A stretch of 64,000 nt of DNA, taken from contig JALMLS010000150.1 of assembly GCA_038496445.1 (NCBI GenBank), positions 1 through 64,000 on the forward strand. Reading direction: 5' to 3'. Shown piece by piece: positions 37,844 through 52,027 of the stretch (the stretch's first letter is position 1; each line of letters begins with the position of its first letter). A program made the position numbers and the translations under genes. The notes under the pieces were generated by a model, which worked only from the letters and a program-made list of their open reading frames with translations, was not told the DNA's origin and did no database searches. Source of the stretch: Trichosphaerium sp. ATCC 40318. Lineage: Eukaryota > Protista > Tubulinea.

Positions 37844-38888
37844 TTAATTAAGTGGTAGCTTAGATTCAAGTTCGTTATCCTTCATTATCCATCTTTTTTT
37901 AAGTCGACCACTGGGATACCAAACCTCATATAACCCTTGTTTCAAACCATCCTTGAACTGAGTCTTAATCTCCATAAAACCGTTCTTATGCCAAGCCTCA
38001 TACAATCCTTCTTTTTTTCCATCTTTGAAAAAACATCTCATCTCAAGAGTACCATTGTCATACCACAGCCTATGTATACCTTTTTTCTTACCCTTTATAT
38101 AAAAACTCTTAACTTCAAGTTGACCATTATCATACCATGCTCTATATGTACCATCTTTAACTCCATTATTCATGATACAGTTCATTTCGATTTTACCATT
38201 TTCATGATAAGTTTCATAAAATCCATGTTTGTTACCATTTTTGAATGAGCATTCAGTTCTCTTTTGTCCGGTGTTATACCAGCTTGAATAACTACCTTCT
38301 TTAATACCTTTTCTGAATAAACAAAGTACTTCCAGTTGACCATTCTCATGCCATTGTCTGTGAATGCCTTCCTTTTCAAAATTTACACGATTGAATGACA
38401 CTTCTATTTTTCCGTTCTGCCAAAAAGCGTTGTAACTACCGTCTCTTTTTCCGTTTACTTTGTGCATCTTTGCTTCAATTTTACCGTCTTTATAGTAAGT
38501 ATTATAGTATCCATTCTCAACACCATCTTTCATCATCTTTTCACACTTGAGGATACCTGATAAATTCCATCTTCTTGAAATGCCATTAAGTACACCATTG
38601 ACGAAATGACATTGTGTTTTTTTGTTTCCGTTTTTGTACCACGTGTACCAGTTGCCTTGTTTTTCCAAATTTACATTAAAGTGTGTCAATATTGCTGCTT
38701 CTTTACAGAGACAATGCCTACAGAAACAAGCTTTAGTAAACACAGTAATTGCAAGGAAAAAAAAAAAAAAAACACAAATTATACCAGTTGTTAAATATTG
38801 TTAGGTCATGCATAGACGCTATATATTGCTGAATTTCGGGAGGTAGAGTGATAAGCGATGCTTTTGATGTGTTTTGAGACAGAAACAT
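37844..38888 (-). CDS. F-box-like plus MORN-variant (YwqK-like) repeat protein
   Basis: LITLPPEIQQYIA..WHCLCK after removing intron 38718-38784, then about 11 repeats of the type NGxKxGxYxxWYxNGQL. Confidence 0.85.
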
Positions 38889-39039
38889 AGTGTCTGGGCT
38901 AACTTCTATAAAAATCGTCAAATCAAGCAATAAACGCATTTTAGACTCTTTTTCTGCAGTCGCGCACATACAATTAATCAAAACCCAACGCCCCACGATA
39001 TCTGTACAAAACCGTTTTAGTATTGGATTACTACCTTTG

Positions 39040-42000
39040 TTACTTGTATTTTAGCGTTTCTTTGCTTGTTTTATAATTGTAGCGGCTTAACAATAGTAGG
39101 GATTCGCCGAAACATTGTTTTACACGAACAGATTTATCAACACGTGCCTACCAGAAGTTGTATTGTCATACAACTGTCAGTGCATGTAAGAGATGCCAGT
39201 TACGCAAGTATAGCTGTGATTGTGTCATACAGACGTAAATCAATTGCTAAATCTTTGAACATTTTTGAGCAAATAGTTCAAATCCGAATTCATGGAGATA
39301 GCCCGATTTGAGTTTGTCTTTCTCATATTTTTTGATGGGTGCTAGAAGGTAACTGAAGTTGAGGTTAGAAGATTGTACAGTGACGATCTACAATAGACAG
39401 TTTCTTTTTGTCAAATATTTTTTTTCTTTTTTTTTGTTCACGTGTTTACAGTGTACTGGAAATATTCATCCATAAATCTCCAAAATTTTGTTGAAAACTG
39501 ATTACAGTTATCATCAGGTAAGGACTTATATACACCTTTAGGTTGTCCCAAGTTAACCCATTCTAAACCTATATTTGTCTTTAATGCTTTGCTTATGTAT
39601 TTACCATGTTGCTTGTTAAATCCAGAACGAAGAATAGTGAGTGTTTTAAGATAAATGTCATTGCATATAAAACTCCTTAGCATCCTTAGAGGTGTTGGGT
39701 CTCCAATATTTGTTTCGTTTATAGTCAGACCTTGCAGTTGTGCAGTTTGTAGGAGAGAAGAAAAAATACCTATAGTATCTTCATCGAAATACTGACCAGA
39801 AAGATCAAGGTTCTAGTTATAAAATGAGCGGTTTCAACACGTGGGTAAAACAAGTAGAGAATTTGAACAAAAAGAACTGTAATTGATCTTTTGGGAAGAC
39901 AGAATTTTCGGATATATTCAACACTTTTACTGCTGGGGAAAGCTTGAATTTGAACATTGCCTGTCGGCAAGCATATCTGGTCAAAATTTCTCGTTTTGAA
40001 ATCTCATTTTTTCGTACTGTTATTGTTCGGTGTTGTTTCAAAAATGCCTTCAATACTGTCAATTCTGGTTTACCAAGATCACTGTGTATAAGTCCCAAGG
40101 ATTTTATATTAGGCTTAGATTGTAGACACTTGCATATCTTACTAATACATGCTAGATAAAAAGACTTAGAATGCAACTTCTGTACGTACAGAAACAGTAT
40201 TCAAACCTAAACGTTCAACGTCATCAAAACTTGAGATTCTCACACTCAATTCTTTTAACCCATTGTTCGCTACAATGATATTAATGGCTGGATTTAATTA
40301 AATATATGTACTGCTTATGGATGGAAGCAAAGCTTCCAAATGTAGTGTATCTGTTTCTCCAACAAGCCATAAAGATTCTAATGTTTTGTTCCTTCGTAGT
40401 CCTTCACAAATTGCCTTCACCATCTTCTGACAGCTGCTCTTATTCTAAATGTTCCAAAAAATAAGTATCCGTAATTCATACAATCCGTAGCCTGTACGTA
40501 GGCAAAAAATATAAAAATTGATGCGAGCAATAATAAAAAAACGAGAATTTTGAAAACGCGAGAAGATCCTTACTGATACAGATGACGATATGCCAGAAAC
40601 AAGTAGTTTCTTTAAGGTAACATTTGTCAAAAGCAGCGATTTTATCACTTTAGGGGACAATCCAGTGTTTGATAGATTAAGTGTTGTGAGCTTCGCTTTG
40701 TGCATCTAGTCGTAGTTAGTTTTACAAAAAAAAATAGAAAAAAACCGCATAAAGCTCGTTTATTCTATATGCGTTCGTGTACAAGACAGAAGAACAAGAT
40801 TATAAGCTATACTGGAGATAGCCTATCAAGTTTTCGCTGATGCAATATAGGTGTTGCATAGCTGAGAGATCAAAACACTAAATATTTTTCGATTTTTTTA
40901 ATGACGTACGATATGTTCAAATAGCGAGGACCATCCATGAAAAGGAGCAAGGTCTTCAGGCATTTTTACACCACAAAGACTTAGTGACTTTAAAGATTTG
41001 TTGAATACCAATAAATTATAAAAATCCGTAGCACCTACAAAGTGTCATTGGTGAGAAAACTAACAAGGATATCGTACCATTGTCGCCGATTGAGTTTCCA
41101 CCAAAGTCAAGTTCTGTTAATGTTGTGTTCTTCACAAGCCCTAGTGCTTTATTAAGCTTACAAGATCTTGGAACACTCGACTTACCATGCGCAAGAGCAT
41201 TGGCTCCAGGATCATTAATCATACAATCGTGTAAGATAAGAGATTTCAAGGTTCTAGTCAGAAGAGTAAATGTTGGAAAAACTTAAACAACTTGACTTAG
41301 TTGCAAAAAAGTACTGTACGTGTTCATTGGTAAAGCGTCTGAGATTAATACACAACAGCGATCTCCAACAAGTGTGCCAGATAGATCCAGTTTAACCAAG
41401 TTAGTAGAACTTGATTGTACTTGTCTAAGGATATCTCTAAGGCTCTTTTCAGGAGATTGATCGAGATCTTTTACAGCAACTTCTGACATCCACGTCGTTA
41501 CGTATTTATCGAGGTTGTGGTATATTTGAAGTGCATTAGAGCCTATTTATTAGTGATTAAATTAGTTATGTCATGAGAAAAGCAACAAACCTCCTAGTAA
41601 TGGTTTCCCGCCCAAGATTGCGTTCAAATCTTTGTTTTTTCTCTGTGCTCTTAGAATGTGAAGAATACCTTGAGCCATGATAGGATTATTCTGAAGGCTT
41701 ATGCGTACAAATTTTGGATTACATATAGCCACACCTTGTATATGCTTTATACCTAGATGTATGTAGGCATTAAATCATCAGAAGGGTGTGAGTAAAAGAA
41801 AATGGTGAATGAACTGTCTTTTTCAAAAGTTTGTACCTTTTGCAGAAATACGAACGTTATCAACGTTGAGCTCTGTGAGAGTCTGATTCTTCTTTAGCGT
41901 AGCCAACATACATTTTATACCCTTATCTTGGATAGGATTGTTTGAAACATTTAAGCTCTCCAAAGTACTATTTGATAGTAACGCCTTTGTTTATCACGTG

Positions 42001-42481
42001 TTAGTTTGGCTTTTGTGCTTTTTATTTGTTTTATCACGTTTAGTTTTTTTTTTGTATAGAATTCGCTTTGCGTGCCTCTGAAATACTTTTCATTGCGTGG
42101 AAAGACAAGTGGTTATCGTTCAGGTACAGTATGCGAAGCGTCGTATTTTCTAGCAATAATTTAGCTAAAGCCATCGCTACGTCATCTCTGATGCCCAATT
42201 TAGCCATAGTTAAGCGTGTAACATGCTGTTAGAAAAAATGAGCAATTCTAATTAGTAAGTTGGATTAATTGTACTGTGTTATATCCCAACGCGTCGCAAA
42301 GCTGTTCTATCAACTTTACACGCTTTCTTGGTTTTTCTTGCAGAAACGTGTTGCTGTCAATCTAATCGTATGGGTTACTAACGTAAAGGTTCGCTAGCCT
42401 TTTTGGCTTGCGTACTTGAACGGCCGTTACGTTTGGGTCGTTCTTACGTAGGCGACTGATCAGCTTCTCGAGACTGGCCAT
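39040..42481 (-). CDS. RNI-like leucine-rich-repeat protein (NLRC3/tropomodulin-type LRRs); 3' end approximate
   Basis: MASLEKLISRLRKNDPNVT, NTTLRILYLNDNHL, NSTLESLNVSNNPIQDKG, NTTLTELDFGGNSIGDNG, LVKLDLSGTLVGDRC. Many short introns. Confidence 0.82.
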
Positions 42482-42779
42482 AAGAGCTAGCGGCACCTCT
42501 TGTTTGTGCGATAAGCCACCACGTAAATAACGTGCACAAGGTTCAAGAAAAAAGCAGTTTATTTAATTGGATGTACAGTTGCCAAAAGTACGCTGTGTAC
42601 AATTGGCGGGTTGAAGGTTTATTTTCCATCTTTAAAAGTAGTATCGAAAATAGCGTTGTCGTAATTTCTTCACTTGCCGACCAAATTCCGTTCAAAGTTC
42701 CTTTTTAGTAAAACTATACAATTACGAAGACTGATAGTGCCGCCACGGGCTACCATTTCTTGTTGCTAGTTTATATCAC

Positions 42780-45700
42780 ATGAATGGCCTCAACAGTACA
42801 CCTACAGGTACATTTTCAGGTTTTGCAAGGAATTTTGGATATTATGGTGGAGCAAACGTTTTATAGGTTTCTTTTGGCTCTGGTAGTAACAAAAAATTAA
42901 AACTAACAATTGCCGATGGAGCCACAGTAAAAGACGTCAAAGTGCGTTAAAGTGCTTTTTAACTTGTTTGCGCCTTCTTTGATGTTCATGTAATCCGTAG
43001 AAACTTATTTTCAAGCAAATACCCGCGTTACGATCTGAAAGGCGACGAGATTGGTGTATTGTTGTATCAAAGGTATTTTGATAGCCTAAACCTCGGTTTT
43101 GGCGTATTTTCTTCCGATTTAGTGTATGACTAACTATGGTCGTGTATAGAGCGTACAATTAGTTGTGGAGGCGGTACCTTTTATTAAAAGTCACAAACAC
43201 ATACGTGAAACGGTAAAAAATAATGGCACAGTCAAATTGAAACTAGTTAAAGTTCAGGGGTGCGTCAATTGATAACACTGAAAATAGCCGAAATTGAATC
43301 CAAAAAAAAAAAAAAGACACAAAAATCGAGTTCCGTATTTTCGTCATATTTCGTTTTCTAATCGCTACGTAAAGAGCAGACTATGTGTTCCAGCTACAAA
43401 CGGCGCCTAAATTGGGCTATTCACAAGTAAGTAACGCCACACGCGTATTATATGCTTTATAACGTATTCACATGAACTTGCAGTCGCCAAATAGTAAGAA
43501 AAAGAAATCGAGGCATTCTTCTCAAAAAGCAGCTGCCAATAACTCAAAAAGAGCCAAATATACTAAAGTTCCTTCTACATCGTCAGTAGGTAGACACCAG
43601 GATAGATCCCGACAGAACATAGGACGTAGTACGCCAATACAATACAAAAAAAAATCAATTTCTAAAAAAGGTTTTAATTTCGGATTGGTTATGTTATAAA
43701 AAGAAGTTAACGCGTAATTATCCTAGACATGTAATGTCATTAAAGCCAGAACGCATTTCCAGAAATTTCCCTTTCTCGTAAAAAATTGTTTTTGTATTTT
43801 CGCCTTTCTTCCTTTTCTCAGTTTTACTATTAGTCAAGAGTCCTGGTGGTAGTAGAATGAAGTCGAAATTAACATTTATCGAACCGGACGAACCTACACA
43901 AGTGAAGAGGAAGCAACGTGACATTAACAAAGAGCACAAACATAAAGACTCATCTTCAAGTGGTGAAAGTGGCAAAGGACGTTCAAAATCTTTTGGTGAC
44001 ATGCAACACTCAATAGAGAGGCAACAAAAAGGTACAAAAAATAAAATGAAAGAAAAAAAAAACCCGAAAAAAACCGTTGGTTGTCAATTAAATTGTATTT
44101 AGACGCTATAGCCGCAAAGCGTAAGAAAAACAGAAAGTCTGTGTCTGTGTTGAAGCCAATCAAAGCCAAGTCACCTTCTTCTAAGGCTATGAAGTCTCCT
44201 ACTGGTAGCAGACGATCTCGTTCAAAGTCTCCTACTCCAACAATAACAAGTCCACGACAACGTACAGCTAAAGCAGCTACGCCAAGACCAAAGCATAGCA
44301 GTAAATCAAAAGCAAAGGAACAGTCTCCAAGGGTTGGAAAGAATATTAAAGGAGATGCTGGACGCTCAAAGACGTCACAAGCGCATTTAAAGACTCCTAA
44401 GAAGACAAAAGATAAGTTGCCAACTCAAGAAAAACGGAACAAAAAGCGTCAATCTCATGGATTGGATGTTTCTGAAAAGAAACGGTCAACTGAGCGCAAG
44501 GATGGCAAAAGCAGCGCTTCTATTTCTACTTTTGAAGAACCTCATCAACGACCCAAGCCAATTCCTAACCGTCTAAAGAAGCTACATCGTCGGTAAGCGC
44601 CTCATAAAGGACAAAAGAACAACAAACGAAGACTTTTTTTATTAAATCAAACATCTCGTTCTTATAGTATAACTAGAGCACGCACTCAAGATGATGAAGC
44701 AAGTAAACCTGAAAAGAAGGAAGAAGAGAGAAGTAGATCATATCATCCAAGTGGTACATTCGAAGAGAGACAAGTCCCTGCGCCAGTATGTAGTCGTTTT
44801 AAACAATGTTATAATTGTTTCAACTTGCGCTAATACACTTTTGTAGTTTCGTAGACTCCAAATGCAGAAGAGACAGAGTACAAACAACCAAGTTACACTT
44901 ACTCAATATATGGATACTTTACAAGAGAAAGGATCTAAAACAGCAAGAGCAAGAACTAGAAGCAAGCCAGTACCTCTCCTCTCACTCTCGAGTGATCTGA
45001 AGATTGAACTTTCTTCACCAAGAGCTGATTATCGCTCACCTAGAAGAACAACTGCTGTGTCTGCATCAAAGTCATACCAACTAGCAAAGCGATCTAGTGG
45101 TATTATTAATAAGTTTGATATTGAAGACTCAGAAAGTGGTTCAGAGTTTAACGATAATCCTACACGTCAACCATTAAGTTCCAAGAAACCTCCTAGTGCA
45201 CCTAGATTCATGAGAGAGTACGTTTCAACAAAAAAAATGCTATTTCTGTCAAGAACTTGAGAAACTTCATCAGTGACAGACTTCCAAAAGAAGTATAATA
45301 GTGTCACTTTTTTTTTGGTTTCTTTTCAAGGAATTAATTGTTTTTATGTTAGTGGAAAACGGTTTAAAAGTGTTTACAGTTTGGAGAGACATGACTCTGA
45401 AAAGAACATAATGGTGAAAGAGAACACTGCCCAAAAAAGAACTCTACTAGTAGAAGTGGCCAACCCAAATGATCCATTGGTGAGCACAGTAATTTAAAGT
45501 ACCTTTCTATCTTATATTATTGTTTTTTAGTTCAAGTTGTTAAATAATAACAGTCGCATTGGCATGACTAAAAAATCATCCAGTAAAGACCGAGGCTCTA
45601 ATAGTAATCCGCATAGAGAACGTACGTGCTTTTAAATAGTTGATAGGTACCTTGTTTAACATGTTATAGCGCATATTATAAGCCCACCGCGAAGAGGTCA

Positions 45701-48700
45701 TCGCTCGAATGGTAATTCACCTGTAAGAAAACGCCCAGGAAAGGGAAGGTCTAGGGCAACTTCTTCTGGACAGCGAACTGCTCCAAAACCGAATAAGCGT
45801 TTATATTCTACACCAGTCCGAGTAGCCGCACCATCTGCTACACCAGTAAGAGTTGCAGCACCTGAATTAGTCGTTCGTACTAGAAAGAGCATACCTACAC
45901 TCAAACTTGGAGTTCGGGAACAGAAGAAGGTGAGATTTTGGTGTTTTGGTTTATTTCATTAAACTAACTCCTGATTTAGGCTTTAGAACAAGCTGTGTGG
46001 GTAAAGCGTGCTGGACCAGGTGTTAAGAGACGGTATTCTCCAAAATTACCGAGCTCGATGTCTGCATCTGCTGCTAAAGATAAAAACGTTTTTGCAGTAC
46101 CTAAACTGGCGCTACCACCATTTATTACTGGTTTACCACCAAAGAAAGCGGTTCCAAAAAGAAATAATGCAACAAAGTAAGGATTTTTATAAAATTTATG
46201 AAACATATTTCTAATGGTATCAAAAAAAAAGAGCTAGGCCAAAGAAAGTAAATAGGCTATTACCAAATGGTGTACACGCAAGGGTAATGTTATGATCAAA
46301 AAGGTTTTTTGTTATGCTTACTTTGTATATAGTCACAGAGTGCCCTGTCACACTTGGAGCTTCAGAGATTGAAACAACGTCGTGCTACGGGTATATTTTT
46401 TTGGGAGGATAAGCCGACTAAGTTGTTTAGGACTACCTAAGGATTTTCGTACTGAGAAAATCAGTCCAAATATGCCAGCGTCTAAGACAGATAGTCACCT
46501 ATTTCTTCATTCATGGGATTATAGTCCCAGTACGTGTTGCTTTGTTAATCTTCTTCTTTGTTTTGGCATTCAATCTTTGATTGTTTTACTGAACTCACGT
46601 GTAGGTTATTGGAGTGAGCACTATCGCAAAACAAAAGAGGAACATGTGGACGTTCCAGAAACAGATGAGTACGTCCCTCAATCCCCTTCCTTTGTTAAGG
46701 TTTCTTGTATTAACTTAACTAGTGAGTCATCTTCTAGTGAATCTTCTGATGAAGACGAAGAACGCAAGAAGAAGAAAAGAGTAAGAAAACTATCAAACAA
46801 GATTTCGCAACTATTTTGCTAACAGGCAGCAGGCAAGAAGGATTGCAGAAACTAGACTACTTTATATTCATGGTACAAAGAGTGGACGAAAGCTTGTTAC
46901 TGCTGGAACACTTCTTAGCGTTGTTGATCATCTCGCAACGGTGGACGGTTTCGGTATGTCCTTTTTTGAGAAATTATGATTACATGAACTAAACTTCTGT
47001 TTTAGATGTTGTCTTTGCTAGACTCGTCCTTTACACATTCCCATATTTTTCTACTGTTAAAGCGCTGTTGGATTGCTTCAGGAAACGTTATGAAAACCCA
47101 AATTCAGGTGCTCCACGATGGATAACACAAGAAGAAGCTAAAATAATTCGCGCACGGTACTAGTCAAATGCCAAAAAAAAAAACTTCAAAAACCAAAACA
47201 AACATCACAATCCCACACACCGTGTGGCCTATCGGTGTCTTTGGTTTTTAATTTTTATTTAGTATAAACGAGTTTATTCGTATGTGGATTTCAGAGTACT
47301 CGTATTATTATAAAGGAAGTAGAGAAAGCTTAGTATTGTTGCAAGCTTTTATAACAAAAGTTATTGGAGCTTTCAATACCAAAGCCTCTCAAGCCCTTTT
47401 TGCATTGTTAAGCCGAAAGGTACTTAGTTTATAGAGATGATCTATACCATTTTTGCTAATCAAGTCTTTCTATTAGACTAGAAGCCTATCTACAAGGCAT
47501 TTTGATACACCCAAGTTTTCTTCCGGAAAAACAAAGGACAAAAATTTCAGTAAGACAAATTCTCGTTTTCTTTCATTAACGCCTTTGCTTTAGAAGTACT
47601 ACAACCTATGAGTGGTAAATTTGGTATAATGCAGCAAATGCCACGAGCTAAAGGTGTTAAACCACGCAAGAGAGATATTACATTTCTTCAGCTCCATGCA
47701 AAAGATATTGCACGGCAGGTTAGTTTTTGATTGAGTCTACTTTTTTATGTTTATTGTTTGTATTTTTGGGAGTCTCACTGTGTTTTATCTAGCTCACTAT
47801 ACACGAACACAGACTCCTTAGAAAGATTAGAAAGAATGAGCTATTGTTCTGTCGTTGGAAAAAACCAAATAAAGCTACTCTATCACCTAATGTTGTAGCA
47901 ATGATAAAGTGGTTCAATAGGGTATGTCATAATATCTTGTATGCTTATTTTTCTAACAGTTTATTCCAGGTTACTCACTGGGTAGCAACTGAAATAGTTA
48001 TGACTCCAAATCTAAAGCAGCGCCAAGCTGTTCTTAAAAGGTTTATTCAAATAGCAAAGGTACGTACATGTAACTAGTTTTGCGCCTCGCACCCTTTGTA
48101 CTTTTTTTCTTATTATTTTGTAGTATTTGCTTGAGTTCCGTAATTATTTTGGTCTTCTTGAAATGGTATCTGCTATAGGAAGTGTAGCTGTGGATAGACT
48201 GAAAGGAACCTTTGCTGTACGTACCGTACCTAAAGCAGCATTGACTTAATTTGAATTTTTTTAAACAAGTTTGTTTTTTCTCCTTGCCATTGTTGTTCGT
48301 TTGTCTCATCAATTTTGCTTTTAGGGACTATCTAAGCGTGAAAAATCACTTCTCGCACAAATGAGAGGGTTATTGATATCTCCTTCATCAAATTTTTACA
48401 CATACAGAGCAGAGATTGCATCTATTATTAATACAACTGAAGCTTGTGTTCCATTTATTGGTCTCATGCTACAAGATTTACTCGCTATTGAGGAAATCAA
48501 AAATAGGAACAATAGTGGTTTAATTAACTTTAAAAAGTTCCAACGTATATATACAGAGTGGGAGATTTTCGAACGCTTCCAGAGGTCAGTAGCAAAAAGT
48601 AACAAAGAGCTCAGAAATCCTTTTTTTTTCTAGATTTTTTTCTTGCTTTGTATGATTTTTTTTACTAACAGCTTTTTATAGGGTTCGGTATAAGTTTCGT

Positions 48701-48805
48701 GCTGTACCTATTGCCATTGAATTTTTGACAAACGTTCCTGTTCTTAATGAACGGGAACAGTTCCGCCTTTCTTTACTTTGTGAAGGGCGAGCGAAGGAAA
48801 AGTAA
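42780..48805 (+). CDS. RasGEF with N-terminal ubiquitin-like/RA-like domain, long K/S/R/P-rich region, RasGEFN and CDC25 domains; start approximate
   Basis: LVTAGTL..VDHL, IARQLTIHE, SPNVVAMIKWFNRVTHWVATEIV, FRNYFGL, SSNFYTYR..CVPFIGLMLQDL, INFKKF, SLLCEGR. Confidence 0.88.
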
Positions 48806-49155
48806 ATTAAGAGGGTTCGTTTTTACCAACAAAGTTGGAGCGTTACCTTCTATTTCTGCTTTTGTACCATAAAAAAATTGTAATACTGTTGTACCCATAA
48901 ATTATTACTTGTACACAAGAACTTGTTGACTTACGGGGTTGATCCTTAAGCAGGCTTCAGACTATTAGAACTTTTAGCACAAGATTGCTTTTTTAGGAGC
49001 AAACTTTTGTGAATACAGGTCACGTGGTATACTGGTGGTACTGGAAAACGCCACGGCAGGTTAGGTGTTGGTTTGGCTCATTTTAGGCTGTGGATATTGT
49101 TTTTGAGGACAAATTATGAAGACAAGTCATAGCGCAGTCTTTTCTACCAGCAACA

Positions 49156-50491
49156 ATGACAAGGCTACTGTATTGCTTTATTCTTTGCTTCTCTTCAATA
49201 TTATTACTTCGTAATTGCGAAGCTAGTAAGCCGTGGGTTCATACATGGGATACACTATCAGATATGTTCTATATGCATGGTAATAACCGGAGCGGTGAGT
49301 TAACAGATGCTGAAGTAAAGTTTATGGCATCAAGCTTTAAAATAATCACGTTTGGAAATTGCTTTGGATCTATCGAATACGGCACCACAGATGAAGAAGC
49401 AGTGTTAAAAGCTGCTACTGAAATAAAAGTAAATAATCACGTGTAAAGTGAAAAGGTTAACGAATTTTTCAGGCGGTTAATCCGGATGTAAAAGTAATTT
49501 TCTACTTCAAGTCAAATTTTGCCGAACAAATAGTAAAGTGTTCTACCACTTCTAAAACGTGGTTACAGAATCAAGATAAATGGTCTCTTCGTGATGATAA
49601 GGGTAACATAATTCACCACAACAGTACGCTATACAACGCAATAATACTAGTACACTCACCGCATCACTAGGCTGGCCAATGTTTGACCCAACTAAAAAAG
49701 ATTTTGTTGACTTTTGGGTTGGTCACTTAGTGGACATTGCCAAACAACGTCTCAGTAATGGAAAGGTATTAATCGATGGTTTTTTCCTCGATGGTATACC
49801 AAACTCTGATACCGAAATACGTAACCTCACAAAAGCCGAAAATGACGCTCACGACAAAGCGCAAGCGGCGATGATAGGAAAATTGCAAGCTGCACTAGAC
49901 GGGTTTGGGGAGAATCAAAAAGCTATAATGAACGCTCTAGACAGTGATTACGGATTAAAGCTTCATGTAGAAGGCGCTGCAGCGTCAATGGTTGACCACT
50001 TTGCTATTATTCAGTTTCTTGATCATAAAACTGGAAAAATGATTCCTGAAGCAATGCAACACCTTTTATTCGAAGTAATAGGTTCTCCAGAAAACAAAAA
50101 TCGTACTCTCGAGATAAAAAGTTGGCCAGGACCACTTATTAGTCCCAAGACTTGGCCTAACAATACTATCCCTAAAACGACAACAGGATTACGACAGATG
50201 ATGACTGACGAGTTTAATAACGCGTTATCTTACTTTTTACTCATTGCAGAGGAGAACCACTGGTGGGGATACTCCCTCTTCTGGGGAATCTCGGATTACA
50301 TCCCGTTTGGACCAGATCATACTTGTCCAGAGAACTTCTATCCTCACTTACATTGTAAACTTGGTGCTCCAAAAGGTCCAGCAAAACGTGTTTCAAACAC
50401 GTGGGTTTACACTAGGGAGTTTGAATATGCAAGCGTTTATGTTGACTTATCAAACAGAGCTGTATCCAAAGTAACTTGGCATGACTGTTAG
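49156..50491 (+). CDS. Secreted putative glycoside hydrolase (GHL15-like TIM barrel)
   Basis: Signal peptide, IKAVNPDVKVIFY, FDPT..FVDFWV, IDGFFLDG, and C-terminal KLGAPKGPA..WVYTREFEYASVYVDL typical of GHL15-like proteins. Two introns. Confidence 0.7.
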
Positions 50492-50974
50492 ATCTCAATA
50501 AAGACAAACCATCTTCCTTCAGTTTTAGATTTTGTTCCTTGTTACCACAAGACAATAACAACGTTAGAAGTTACTTGCAATGCAATTATTAAATACAAGT
50601 ATTGAGACTGAGGAGCACATTGAAGAGGCAAATGTTGAGGTAAAAAGTAGTGGCTTATCACTAAGATCATTATTCAACACATTTGTTTTTCCCTTCCACA
50701 TATTTCGTAATATTTTATATGGCTTGTTCAGGTACTTCACAAACAGATTTTGTTCTCAAGTTCATAGGTATGGAAAAGAATAAAAGTCATCACGCCAAAA
50801 AAGTAAAGAAAAGTGTGCGTGTTAGGTAGTAAATAAATAGAAAAGACAAAACCTCCTCTTGTTGGCGTCACTGTATCCTTGACTTTTTGATAATTGAGAC
50901 TTTAATTCATAAGATTGTGTTTTTTTTTTTCAAGTGCGAAGGGGAAGGCAAATGAGTACTTACAAAGTACAAAG

Positions 50975-51561
50975 TCATTGACCTTGTTTTGGTTTCATGG
51001 AGGGAAGTGATGAATGTCTCTTTCCACTGTTACGACATCTTTGAAGACAGAAATCAAGATGAGCGTTACATACATGAGGTGGATTGAACTCGCGACAATC
51101 TGATTGAGCGATGTAACAGTTTACAGGACATGAGAACTGTTCTGTTGATTCACTACTTTGGACACTTCGTTTTACACCATTACGACATCTTCGGAGACAA
51201 AAGTTGGCTTCGGCGTTACACACATGAGGTGGATTGAACTCACTACAATCTGATTGGGCAATATGACAGTTGACTGTACATGAGAATTGTTCTGATGATT
51301 CAATGTTTCGTTTTCCTCCATTTCTACATCTTTGAAGACATAAATCAACTTGAGTGTTACATACATGAGGCGGATTGAATTCACGACAATCTCCTTGAGC
51401 GATGTAACAGTTAACGGGGCATGAGAACTGCTCTGTCGACTCAGTCTGTGATAACAAAGTGAGCACGAGGAACAAAGAGATGACATCTAAGTAAAACGTA
51501 CAAGACATAGAATCATGGAAAGAGATGCAATGATGACAATGAAAGTAGAAAACAGATGCAT
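50975..51561 (-). CDS. Secreted Cys-rich peptide precursor, 3-core copy A
   Basis: Exon 1 51561-51502 (MHLFSTFIVIIASLSMILCL), 56-nt GT-AG intron, exon 2 51445-50975 with three six-Cys cores ending GGKR, GVKR and SGKR. Confidence 0.9.
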
Positions 51562-51713
51562 TGATGTTGTTGCTGTGGTTGCTAGTTGTTGTTGATAAAA
51601 TTTGATTGGTGGTGAAGATTTGAGTGGAAAACCAAGCTCGTCAAAAAACTAAGCAAATCGTCAATCATTGCGTCACTTTTGTGAATAAAGTGTCACCAAG
51701 CAAGTCATGAGTA

Positions 51714-51762
51714 AAAACCTTCAAGCATCAACCAAGTACATTGGTTGATGCTTGAAGGTTTT
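51714..51762. repeat. Perfect 22-bp inverted repeat with 5-nt loop
   Basis: AAAACCTTCAAGCATCAACCAA-gtaca-TTGGTTGATGCTTGAAGGTTTT. Confidence 0.95.
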
Positions 51763-52027
51763 ATAACTCCACAACAAATATTTATTTTAGAAGCAAAACT
51801 AACAATCTATTATCAACGGAACTGACGCATTTTCCATTGTATGACTTCATTGAATCAAATATGTCGTGATTTTTTTTTCAGTGTACCACGTGAAATTTTG
51901 TTTTTGTTCACATGAATCTAAACGGTACAAAAATATTCCGATGTTGACGAGATTTTATTTTGGTAAAGACTGAATCAATCAAATTGCCTCAACAACAATA
52001 ACCACAACAACATCAACAACAACATCA

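Noticed and set aside
50580-50783. 67-aa ORF between the hydrolase and peptide genes
   Set aside because: No motifs or splice support, and it cannot be distinguished from a chance ORF.
50975-51508. 177-aa unspliced ORF with alternative hydrophobic N-terminus (MSCTFYLDV...)
   Set aside because: It reads through the 56-nt intron. The spliced exon 1 is conserved in three copies whereas this frame is not conserved in copy B.
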